From NCBI GenBank assembly GCA_964016885.1, contig OZ024742.1, positions 345,278,001-345,342,000 of the forward strand: 64,000 nucleotides of DNA, in the 5' to 3' direction. Below are positions 13,575-24,685 of this stretch, in pieces. The position numbers and the translations under genes are program-made. The DNA comes from Eledone cirrhosa. Lineage: Eukaryota. The notes under the pieces were generated by a model. That model was not told the DNA's origin. It ran no database searches and worked only from the letters and a program-made list of their open reading frames with translations. How positions within the stretch are numbered: the first letter of the stretch is position 1; each line of letters opens with the position of its first letter.

Positions 13575-14780
13575 GGGAAGAAGACGCACGAGGTGACGGA
13601 GGTCATGAAATCGCTCCCGTAAGTTTTGAATTTTTAACATATTTAAATCATTTGTGAAATAACAACTCTTAGTACAAATGCTACGTAAAGCACCCGGCTT
13701 GAGCCCCAAAAAATTCGGACCCAAAATATATTGTTATAAGGCTCAAATATTCAAATATTCAACTTTGTATTGTACACTGTATATCCAAAAAAAAAAAAAA
13801 AATGGCTATAAATGGAAGAAGAAGAACCCCCCCCCCCTCCTCTCCTCTGGCTACACTATATAGGACAGCTAAACTCACCAACACCAGAAACTAGATACAC
13901 CGCCCACCCCATCATCTGTGTACACTAAACACAACAGCATTTTCACCTTCACCGCCACCGCTCACTACGGCCATCATTACCACCACTATCCCATCACCGC
14001 CGCCACCACCCCTTGACTCCTTCACTGCTGCTGCCACCGCTACAGCACCATCACTACAGTAATACGGCTCAAATATTCAAATATTCAACTTTGTATTGTA
14101 CACTGTATATCCAAAAAAAAAAAAATAAAATGGCTATAAATGGAAGAAGAAGAACCCCCCCCCCCCCTCCTCTCTTCTGGCTACACTATATAGGACAGCG
14201 AAACTCACCAACACCAGAAACTAGATACACCACCCACCCCATCATCTGTGTACACTAAACACAACAGCATTTTCACCTTCACCGCCACCGCTCACTACGG
14301 CCATCATTACCACCACTATCCCATCACCGCCGCCACCACCCCCTGACTCCTTCACTGCTGCTGCCACCGCTACAGCACCATCACTACAGTAATACGGTCG
14401 CATCACCGCCACCACTGCCTCGGTATCGACATCACCACCACCACTGTCTCAGTATCGCCAACGCCGCTAGTCTCTGCTGGCTACCACTTCCACATTATAG
14501 AATTCCTACTACTAGCAAAGAGGAAGGCATCAAAATATATAGATAGACTCAAAAGAAAAAAGAAAAAACAAACAACAAAAGCAGCACAGCAACAACAGTA
14601 AAAAACGAGAAAAACAGAGAAAAACAAAAACAAAAAAAGAAACCCCAAAAACGTAAAGAAAATAAGAATGAAGAGAGAAGCAGGCGGACGGACAGAGAAG
14701 AGGGGGGAAAAAGTAAAACTTAAAAAACAAAAACTAAGTCAGACATTCGAATACTACATTACAATGAAACTTATGCTTAT
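13575..14780 (+). repeat. Leader unit 1 (homologous to 18647-19645 and 23724-24685), with an internal ~330-bp direct duplication
   Basis: Starts gggaagaagacgcac...gaaatcgctcccgtaagtttt immediately after (TAA)n; 13741-14066 is repeated at 14067-14397. Confidence 0.85.
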
Positions 14781-17700
14781 TCATTTTTGGGGCCCTTTCT
14801 GCCCGTATGTTTGTTTGTTTATGTGTGTCCGTATACAGCGTGGTGATAATGCCACACAAGGGCCAAGTGCGATGGCGGATCCACAGATGGCTATGTAAAC
14901 ATACATTCGCCAATCCTCGATAAGAGTGTTTAAATATCGAACATAAACAGTTCGAATAACGGTGAAATGGAGACTAAAACGTCATGTGACAGACTCTCAC
15001 CCAACAGGTGCCCCCTGGCTCAGCAGCAGGAACCTGACTGTCAACGAAATACTGCTGATGTTGGAGGAAGAAGAAGAAGGAAAGGGGCCAGAACCAACTG
15101 GACGAAAGAATTGAATAGAACTGTTATGCAATGCTACCTGAAAAGTAACCCCAAGGAGAGGGGCTACAGGAGACGGATGCATAACATCTGGAACGAGATT
15201 GGTTTATTTAAATTAGATGAACAAAAATTGGCCGGGCAGGCTCGGGTAATAAGAACTAATGGGTGGATAAGCGAGCTGGAACTGGAGGAACTGAGCAGAG
15301 AGAATGGCTTGGAGATGGCGGGTGTAGTATGCCAGACAAGCGAGCCGGCGGGAAATGAAGGTGAGGAGGTCCTGAGAGCGGAGGAACCACCCGAAGCAGA
15401 CAATAATCTGAATACTGAGATAAATAATACCTGGAACAGAGATACGGCCACTGAGGAGATGAATGCTGACGGGCTAGGACAAGATTCGGTTGACATCCTA
15501 AATTTAGTGGTAGATGAGTTGAACAATGATAGTGGGAGACCTATGAACCTAAGATTTGTAGACAGGAAAAAGTTAAAAGAAACAACAGCTAAGGTAAACA
15601 AAGTCATCCCATACCTTGAGGCGAGGAGTCTTCACCAGTGCAACAATATCCTCAAAGCAACAGCAAATACGGTGAGGAAACTACTTGGTATAAAAGCGAG
15701 AGGAAACAACAGACAAGAAAGAGCAGAGCCGTGGTGGAAGAAGCGACTGAGTGGGCAAATCGGGGAAATGAGAAATGACATAGGAAAGCTTGAGTCACTA
15801 CTGAATGGGACACTAAAAAACATAGGCACTAAAAATAGACTGGAAATAAAATACAAAACTAGGAGTAAAAAGCTAAATATTATCATAGAGGAATTGAAGC
15901 AACGCATTGTAGCAAAGAGTGCCAAAATCAGGCGATACGAGAACAGAGTCAGTCAGTATAAACAGAACCGCATGTTCGACAACAACCAGAAGATGCTGTT
16001 TGGACAGCTTGAGGGGAAAGAAAGAGGCACCGACTTGATCCCTGGGGCGGAACAAGCTAAAACATTCTGGAGAGGAATATGGGAGCAGGATGTTAGACAC
16101 AATGCCCAGGCAGGGTGGATTGAGACAGTACAGAGGGAGATCGGTGAGCAGGCACAGCAACAGACTGATTTGAGTATCACAGTTGAAACTCTTAAGGGGC
16201 AAGCCAAAAAACTAACCAACTGGAAATCACCAGGCCCAGATGGTGTGCAGGGGTATTGGATTAAACATTTAACATCCCTCCACCCGAAGCTGACGGCCAT
16301 GTTCAATGACTGCTTGGTGTCGGGTGAGGTGCCAGAGTGGTTGACAAAAGGTACCACAGTTCTGATAATGAAAGACCGAATCAAGGGTAATGATGTTACC
16401 AACTATAGACCTATCACATGTCTGCCCGTAATGTGGAAACTGTTGACGAGCATTGTGTCTGAGGAAATCTACCATCACCTCCACACAAACAACTTGTTGC
16501 CGGACGAACAGAAAGGATGCCGAAAGAAGTCACGTGGTACAAAGGACCAGTTGCTTATTGATAAGATGGTAATGGGGAATTGCAGGAGGAGACACACTGA
16601 TCTTGCCATGGGATGGATAGACTACAGAAAGGCATTTGACATGGTGCCTCATTCCTGGATCACCAAAAGCCTGGAGATCTTCAGGGTGGCAGATAACATC
16701 AGACAGTTGCTGGGCAGGAGTATGGGGTCCTGGGAGACAGAGTTGACATCAACTGGAGTATCCTTGGGAAGCGTGAAGATCAAGAGAGGTATCTTCCAGG
16801 GAGATAGCCTGTCCCCTCTGTTGTTTGTCCTTGCCCTGATGCCCTTGACCATTATGCTGCGAAAAGTGAGAGCAGGATACAAGTTGGGAAGGGGAGAGCT
16901 TACCATCAATCACCTCCTCTTCATGGACGATCTTAAGCTCTTCGGGAAAATTGAGAAGGAGTTGGATATGCTTGTTGACACTGTCCGTATTTTCAGCAGT
17001 GATATATGTATGCAGTTTGGTATTGGTAAATGTGGAGTCATTGTGATGAGGAGGGGTAGGTTGAGCAGAAGTAACGGGATCCAGATACCAACAGGTGAGA
17101 TGATAAAGGAAATTGACTCTGAGGAAGGATACAAGTATTTGGGCGTTCTGGAGGCTGATGGCATAAAGAACAAAAAAATGAAGGAATTGTTAAGAACTGA
17201 ATACATTCGGAGAGTAAGGAGCGTATTGAAGTCACATCTGAACAGCAGAAATGCCATAAGCGCAGTAAATTCCCGAGCTGTGTCTATTATTAGGTACAGT
17301 GCGGGAATTCTGAGATGGAATGTTGCTGAACAAAAAGAAATGGATAGGAAGACTAGGAAGCTATTGACTATCTACAACATGTTCCACAAGAGGAGTGATG
17401 TCGATAGACTCTACCTAAGGAGATCTGAGGGTGGAAGAGGTCTTATCAGCATAGAGGACTGTGTTCAGATGGAGAAAAACAACCTATACAAATACGTGAC
17501 CTATAGTAAGGAGCCAATGCTCAGAGCTGTACTGAAGGAGGGGACAGTAGGCCAGGGGATACCCAAGGAGGAAATAACATCAAGGAGGAAGAGCAGCCTT
17601 AAGGGAAAATCCCTTCATAGTACCTTCTTTGAGAAAACTGAATTTAGAGATCCACAGACATGGAACTGGTTGAGAAGAGGAGACCTCAAAAAGGCTACAG

Positions 17701-18430
17701 AAGGAATGCTAATGGCTGCGCAGGAGCAGGCCCTCAAAACGAAGTGGTTGAAGCACCATATCTACAAGGAGGAGGCTAGCCCACTGTGCAGGATCTGTGG
17801 AGAGAGAGAGGAGACTGTGGCTCACATTGTGTCCGAGTGTAAACACCTAGCCCAGACCCACTATAAGGGCTGGAGACACGATGTGATGGGCAGGGTGATC
17901 CACTGGCACCTGTGCAAAGTAAACAATCTACCACATTCTGAGAAATGGTATGAGCATAGGCCAGAGGCGGTGATGGAGAACAGTCAGGTGAAGGTGCTGT
18001 GGGATTTTAGGATACAGACGGACAAAAAACTGGAACACAATAGACCTGACCTGGTGGTTGTGGACAAAGAAAAAAAGATCGTGCCTGATTGTGGATGTGG
18101 CCTGCCCGTTCGACACGAGAAGGAGAGGGAGAAAATTAACCGATACCAGGACCTAAAGTGGGAGGTGAAAAGGATTTGGAACTGCCATGAAGTCAAAGTG
18201 ATCCCGATTGTCATAGGCGCACTGGGGACTATCTCCAAAGGTTTCCAGGGATGGTTAAAGAAAATCGGCCCCTTCACGCTTTTTGGAACGCTTCAAAAGG
18301 CATGCTTGCTTGGAACGGCAAGAACCCTCCGATACGTCCTGAATATCTGAGGCTGCAGGTAGTGGCTTGATATTCAATCCAACGGACTTTCCAGTTAATC
18401 AACATCAATGACTGAGATTCAAGGAATAAC
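14780..18430 (+). mobile_element. R4/Dong-clade non-LTR retrotransposon (family A), near full length
   Basis: Single RT plus restriction-like endonuclease ORF, short 3' UTR, ends in (TAA)n. The 5' boundary is approximate. Confidence 0.92.
14967..18350 (+). CDS. R4/Dong-type polyprotein: RT, CCHC zinc knuckle and restriction-like endonuclease (1127 aa)
   Basis: KSPGPDG, NYRPITCL, GIFQGDSLSPLLF, HLLFMDDLKLF, YKYLG, CRICGEREETVAHIVSEC, RHD, RPDLV. Confidence 0.93.
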   Translation: METKTSCDRLSPNRCPLAQQQEPDCQRNTADVGGRRRRKGARTNWTKELNRTVMQCYLKSNPKERGYRRRMHNIWNEIGLFKLDEQKLAGQARVIRTNGWISELELEELSRENGLEMAGVVCQTSEPAGNEGEEVLRAEEPPEADNNLNTEINNTWNRDTATEEMNADGLGQDSVDILNLVVDELNNDSGRPMNLRFVDRKKLKETTAKVNKVIPYLEARSLHQCNNILKATANTVRKLLGIKARGNNRQERAEPWWKKRLSGQIGEMRNDIGKLESLLNGTLKNIGTKNRLEIKYKTRSKKLNIIIEELKQRIVAKSAKIRRYENRVSQYKQNRMFDNNQKMLFGQLEGKERGTDLIPGAEQAKTFWRGIWEQDVRHNAQAGWIETVQREIGEQAQQQTDLSITVETLKGQAKKLTNWKSPGPDGVQGYWIKHLTSLHPKLTAMFNDCLVSGEVPEWLTKGTTVLIMKDRIKGNDVTNYRPITCLPVMWKLLTSIVSEEIYHHLHTNNLLPDEQKGCRKKSRGTKDQLLIDKMVMGNCRRRHTDLAMGWIDYRKAFDMVPHSWITKSLEIFRVADNIRQLLGRSMGSWETELTSTGVSLGSVKIKRGIFQGDSLSPLLFVLALMPLTIMLRKVRAGYKLGRGELTINHLLFMDDLKLFGKIEKELDMLVDTVRIFSSDICMQFGIGKCGVIVMRRGRLSRSNGIQIPTGEMIKEIDSEEGYKYLGVLEADGIKNKKMKELLRTEYIRRVRSVLKSHLNSRNAISAVNSRAVSIIRYSAGILRWNVAEQKEMDRKTRKLLTIYNMFHKRSDVDRLYLRRSEGGRGLISIEDCVQMEKNNLYKYVTYSKEPMLRAVLKEGTVGQGIPKEEITSRRKSSLKGKSLHSTFFEKTEFRDPQTWNWLRRGDLKKATEGMLMAAQEQALKTKWLKHHIYKEEASPLCRICGEREETVAHIVSECKHLAQTHYKGWRHDVMGRVIHWHLCKVNNLPHSEKWYEHRPEAVMENSQVKVLWDFRIQTDKKLEHNRPDLVVVDKEKKIVPDCGCGLPVRHEKEREKINRYQDLKWEVKRIWNCHEVKVIPIVIGALGTISKGFQGWLKKIGPFTLFGTLQKACLLGTARTLRYVLNI

Positions 18431-18456
18431 AATAACAATAATAATAATAATAATAA

Positions 18457-18620
18457 TTGTTTCTACTTTAGGCACAAGGCCAGCAATTACCCAGTGCATT
18501 ACTGGTACTTTATGGTATCGACCCCGTAAGGATGAAAGGCAAAGTCAACCTCGGCGGGATTTGAACTCAGATCCTAAAGGGACGTAACTATGCTGGAAAG
18601 CATGGCGTCCGACCCTCTAC
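18457..18620 (-). mobile_element. tRNA-derived SINE in (TAA)n
   Basis: Reverse complement of the SINE family sequence, flanked by TAA repeats. Confidence 0.88.
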
Positions 18621-18646
18621 AATAATAATAATAATAATAATAATAA

Positions 18647-19645
18647 GAGGGAAGAAGACGTACATGGGAGAGGGAAGAAGACGCACATGGTGGATAGAAG
18701 GTCATGAAATCGCTCCCGTAAGTTTTTGATTTTTAACATATTTAAATCAATTGTGAAATAACAATTCTTAGTACAAATGATACATAAAGCATCCGACTCA
18801 AGTCTCAGAAAAATTCGGATCCATAATATATTGATATATCGCTCAAATATTCAATTTTGTATTATACATTTTATATTCAAAAAAGAAAATGGTTATAAAT
18901 GGAAGAAAACCCCCTCTGTCTACACTATATAGAACAGCCAAATAACAGCAATTTCACCAACACCAGAAACTAGATAGACAACCTACCCCATCACCCCTCT
19001 GTGTACACTAAATACAACAGCCAGATAACGGCAATTTCACCACCACCACCACCAATCTCAGCATAATAATAATAATTACTATTATTATTGTCTCAAGTTT
19101 TAACAAAATGTTTAATTCCAATATTAAGAAAATACGTCAACACATATATTAAATATACGCGACAAGCGTATAGATACACAGATCAAACAAAACTAGTCTA
19201 TTCAACAACACTCAGTAACGACAACGCCAATACTATAGTCACCGCCGCCACCACTCCATCCATCATTGCCACCACTATCCCATCACCTCCGCCACCACTC
19301 CTTCATTGCTACCACCACTATTCCCCCATTACCTTCTGTTAACTTAAGAAAGGGGAAGGTGGCGGCATCACTAGACAAGGGAGAGTCTAGCAAAAGATAT
19401 AAATAAATTGACTTAGTGACCCGGCCACCGGCCAAACGACAACGTCTATGGCACTGCTGGCTCCCCCCTTTCCCACCAACAATAGAAAAAGGCCCAGCAC
19501 CACCACCGACATAGCCAACAACAATAACAGGCAACTTCTGCAAAAAGTATATATTATATTATTAATGATATCATTCTTAAGCTACGCAATGCTCACATTA
19601 AGGAACCACTCATGATAATAACAATTTAAAAAACAACAAAAAAGA
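18647..19645 (+). repeat. Leader unit 2 preceding Dong element B1
   Basis: Homologous over its length to 23724-24685, and in its first part to 13575 onward. Confidence 0.85.
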
Positions 19646-22600
19646 AAACCCCGTGACCAAGAAATACCAGGATGGCGGCCGGCGGGGAATAGCCGTGTCT
19701 CTAGGGGAAGACGACCCCTCTAGTCTTGGTTGACACTCGTCCTAGAAGTGATAACACGAAATGATTACCCATTGGCGGATAAGGATAAAACGCGACAAAA
19801 TAAAGTAAATGTCTAAAACAAAAATCTCATACCGGACCGGACATCACCCGGGTCAAAAAGGGCCGCGTCCCTCAGAGAGGAACCAGACTGGGGTCGAAAA
19901 ATCAGCTAATGGTTCAAACCTTCCCATCACTTCGGAGCTGGAGACCTCCCATAACCGGAATACTCCTACTGTTGGCCCTCCATGCTCACCACCAAGAAAT
20001 CCAAAGAAAAAGAGAGAAAAATGGTCAAGGGAAGATAATAAAGAAGACCTTGAGGCTTTCTACACTGCCATGTACTACCCATCAAATAGATCGAATACAC
20101 TACAGAACAGACATATATCAACTGGAAAAAGAAACATCCCGAAAACAGAGGCTATATTGACAGTAACAAACTAGCCAATATACGAAGAAATATTGTTAAA
20201 AAAAAGTTACTAACTGATATAGAAATTGATCAGATCAAGCTATTAGCACGAAGTCAGCGAAGGGAAAATGAACATGTGTCAGTGAAAACGAGGTAAATTG
20301 TAACACTTCGTATCACAGAGTTGGGGTGGAATCACTGACAGCAGAACAAATTAAAGAAAGCATCGAAAAAGTGGAGGGAGTGCATGCTCAAGATGAAACT
20401 CAAAATGAAAAACAATGAGATCATAAATGATATAGAAATGAATGAGAATGAACTTGCCAACTTGAAGGATGAAATTATGATCGAATGGATGAAAATGAAA
20501 GAATCTGACATGGGGGAACGAGACTCTCTCCCTAAGATCCAGAACTCCAAACAGAACCAAAAGATAATACACAAGACTAACATAATTCTCAAAAACATTA
20601 TCAACACAAACAAACTAAACATTACTGATTTAAATCATCTCTATTATGCATCGGCTAAAGTCCCCACTCACTTATGTGGAGTGAAGATGAAAAAACAAAG
20701 GAATTCCCACAAAAATTCTACTTGGCAAGAGAACATCAATCGCCAAATTAACCTTCTCCGATCTGACATAGAAATTTTAACAAACTATAAAGTAGGTGAA
20801 CATGTTAAACAAACTAAACTTAGAAAATTGAAAAAAAAGTACAGTATAAAATCAACATGTGACATAGACATGCTGATAGAAATAATCAAGCAAAAAGTGT
20901 CGGCCAAAGCTGCTCGTATAAGGCGCTTTGAAAAACGATCTAGATTCTATAAGGACAATAATATGTTCAAAAACAACCAAAGAAACTTCTACAGAAAAAT
21001 TGGTAAGTCAACAATAACTGCTAAATCAATACCACCCAAGGAGGATGTGCAAGAATTCTGGGAAAAGATCTGGGCCGAAGAAAAAATTCATAATATACAT
21101 GCCCCATGGATAGACAGACAAATGAAAGATACAGCTCACGTTGAGGAACAAATATGGGAAAATATAACAGTTGAACAGTTGCGTTTGGCTCTAAGAAAAA
21201 CCAGCAAATGGAAATCCCCAGGAAAAGACAATATATAAAATTTTTGGATAAATGCCTTCACAGAGTCTCTTGAGCTGTTAGCCCAACTTTACAATGAAAT
21301 AGTTAAGGAGCCAGATAAGATACCATCATGGCTAGTTAACGGCATTACATTCCTACTTCCGAAGAATGATGAGACAAACAATCCCAAAAATTACAGACCG
21401 ATAACTTGCTTGACCACAATGTATAACATTTTAACATCAGTCCTAACTGAATATACATATGACCACCTGATAACAAATGACCTATTTCCCATTGAGCAGA
21501 GAGGGTGTAAACGAGGCTCATATGGCTTTAAGGATCAGCTTTTGGTTAACAAAATGATACTGGAAGATTGTCATAATAGACACAAAAATCTATCAATTGC
21601 TTGGATAGATTATACAAAAGCATTCGATAGTTTGCCGCAAAATTGGATTGAAAAATGTTTAGAGATTTTCAAAATATCTCCCGTTGTCAGGAGGTTTTTG
21701 TCATTCAGTATGAAGACATGGAAAACGACACTCCTTTTGAAAAGTGAAAAAAAATCACTGGAAGCTGGAGAAGTTAATATTAACTGTGGAATTTTTCAGG
21801 GTGACTCTTTATCATCGCTTTTATTCTGCATCGCACTTATACCATTAAGTAAAATGCTCAATGAAACAAAACATGGATATAAAGTCTATGACAAAACCAT
21901 TAATCACTTGTTCTACATGGATGACCTGAAACTATTTACAAAAAATGATGAACAATTGCAAGGGCTATTATCCACTGTGGAGCAGTTCAGTGATGACATT
22001 AAAATGGAGTGTGGACTAGATAAATGCGCCAAAGCAACGTTCACCAGAGGAAAGCTGCTGAAGAGTTCAGACATTAATCTTGATCGGGGGAATGTAATAA
22101 GAGAACTTGATGAAGAGGAAACTTACAAATATCTAGGTGTTTGTGAAGGAGACGGAATCAAGCACTCGACAATGAGGGAAAGCATAAGGAAGGAATGTTA
22201 CCGCAGAGTAAGAGCAATCTTAAGAACGGAATTGAATGCAAGGAATAGGATCGATGCCACAAACACGCTTGACATACCAGTAATAACCTACAGTTACAAT
22301 TTCATCAACTGGTCAAGCACAGAGATCCGTAGGGTCGATACAAAAATTCGAAAATGCTTAACCATGCACAGAATGCATCACCCTAAGGCAGATACAGATA
22401 GAATATATCTCCCTAGGAAAGAAGGAGGACATGGGTTAATCCAGTTAGACATTGCGTTGAAAACTGCAACAATTGGATTATCTACATATCTAAGGGAATC
22501 ACATGATTGGATTATCAAACTCGTTTTGAAACACGAAAGCATCAAAAGATCACACTCCATTACAAAAGATGCACACAGATACAGTAATGGACTACAAATT

Positions 22601-23610
22601 TCAGAAGTTCCATTTACTGCTGAAATGGAAAACACAGAAAAAGCAAAGCAGGTAAAAGTAACTGCAAAGAAAGAACTGCTACAGAAACTGGCTAAGAAAT
22701 GGCAAGAAAAGCCTCTGTATGGAAAATACCCAGAACGAGCTAACAATCCTGATGTTGACAAAACTTTAACCCATCAGTGGTTGGCATCCTCTGGACTGAA
22801 ATCGGAGACTGAAGGACTGATTATATCAGCACAAGATCAGTGTCTGCCAACAAAAAATTACCAAACCAACATAATAAAAAATGGATGCAGCCCATTATGC
22901 CGTGTATGTAAAAAACAACCAGGGACCATTGACCATATAATTTCAATGTGCAGTCCTATAGCTCTAGCCAAATACCTAAACGGGCATGACAGAGCTGCAC
23001 AATACATACATTGGATAGTGTGTAAGCATTTTGACCTGCCCCATCAAAAGAATTGGTGGGAGCATCAACCACCTCCCATACTTGAAAAAGATCAGATCTC
23101 AATCTTGTGGAACTTTAGCATCCAAACAGACCGAAAAATAGATGCAAATAGACCTTATATAATATTGAAGGACTTTAACAAGAGGGTATGCCTGCTAATT
23201 GATATGTCCGTTCCAATAGACAAGAATGTATCTATAAAAACATTTGAAAAATTGAGCATGTATAAGGACCTGGAGATAGAAATTGGAAACATGTGGAAAT
23301 TGAGAACTAAAACAATACCAGTGGTTGTAGGCGCTCTGGGAATGATACCTAAGGGGTCTAATGATTACTTATCGCAAATCCCAGGAAACCCGCGCATAGA
23401 AGAAATACAAAAGATAGTACTAATGGGAACTGCCCATATACTAAGGAAGAATCTGTCAATATAAGTATATCTCAAGTCTAAACACCTAAAGATGCTTGTG
23501 TGAGTATGTATGTTCTTTCTTGAACATGGCGGACATTGTTGTCTCTTCATATCACTGGTTGTGACTTGGTGATAACTCGTATGAACATAAAGCAAGATAA
23601 ATGCAACTGT
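19645..23610 (+). mobile_element. R4/Dong-clade LINE family B, copy 1 (frameshifted)
   Basis: ORF pieces 19809-20174, 20384-21238 and 21410-23464 contain GIFQGDSLS, HLFYMDDLKLF, CRVCKKQPGTIDH and LIDMSVP; (TAA)n tail. Confidence 0.92.
21410..23464 (+). pseudogene. RT-RLE portion of Dong B1 ORF
   Basis: 684-aa ORF with YMDD, zinc knuckle and RLE region; separated from upstream parts by frameshifts. Confidence 0.88.
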
Positions 23611-23626
23611 AATAATAATAATAATA

Positions 23627-23723
<97 letters not shown>

Positions 23724-23725
<2 letters not shown>

Positions 23726-24685
23726 GAGAAGAAGACGCACGTGGTGGATAAAGTGTTATGGAATCTCTCCCGTAAGTTTTTGATTTTTAACATATTTAAA
23801 ACAATTGATATAACAATTTTAGTACAAATGTGATATTAAGGACCATGCTTAGCTCTCAGGAAATGAGGACCCATAATATCCTTTTATATCGCTCAAATAT
23901 TCAATTTTGTATTATAAATTTTATATTAAAAAAAGAAAATGGTTATAAATGGTTATAAATGGAAGAAAACCCCCTCTGTCTACACTATATAGAACAGCCA
24001 AATAACAGCAATTTCACCACCACAACAACCTAGATACGCCACCTATCCCATCACCCCTCTGTGTACACTAAATACAACAGCCAGATAACAGCAAATTCAC
24101 CACCACTACCACCACCAATCCCAGTATAATAATATTAATTACTATTATTGTATCTCAAGTTTTCTCAAAATGTTTAATTCAAATGACAACACATATATTA
24201 AACATACGCGACAAACCGCATAGATATACAGATCAAACAAACTACAGTCTATTCAAGAAAACTCAGTAACGACAACGCCATCACTTTAGTCACCGCCGCC
24301 ACCACTCCATCATTGCTACCACTATCCCATCACCACCGCCACCCCACCTTTATTGCTACCACCACTATTCCCCCACTACCTTCTGTAACTTAAGAAAAGG
24401 GAAGGTGGCGTATCAGTAGACAAGGGAGAGGCTAGCAAAAGATATAAATAGACTGACTTAGTGTCCCGGTCAAACGTCAACGACGGTGGCACTGCTGGCT
24501 CCTGCCTTCCCCACCAACAATAGAAAAAGCCCCAGCACCACCATCGACATAGCCAACAACAACAACAGGCAACTTCAACAAAAAGTATATTATATAATTA
24601 ATAATAATTTCATTCTTAAGCCACGCAATGCTCACATTAAGGAACCACTCATGATAATACCATTTTAAAAAACAACAAAAAAAGA
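23724..24685 (+). repeat. Leader unit 3 preceding Dong element B2
   Basis: Direct homolog of unit 2, about 5.08 kb downstream. Confidence 0.85.

Noticed and set aside
19650-19800. HDV-like ribozyme in the structured 5' UTR of Dong family B
   Set aside because: Hairpins are present, but I could not assign P1, P3, L3 and the catalytic C consistently.
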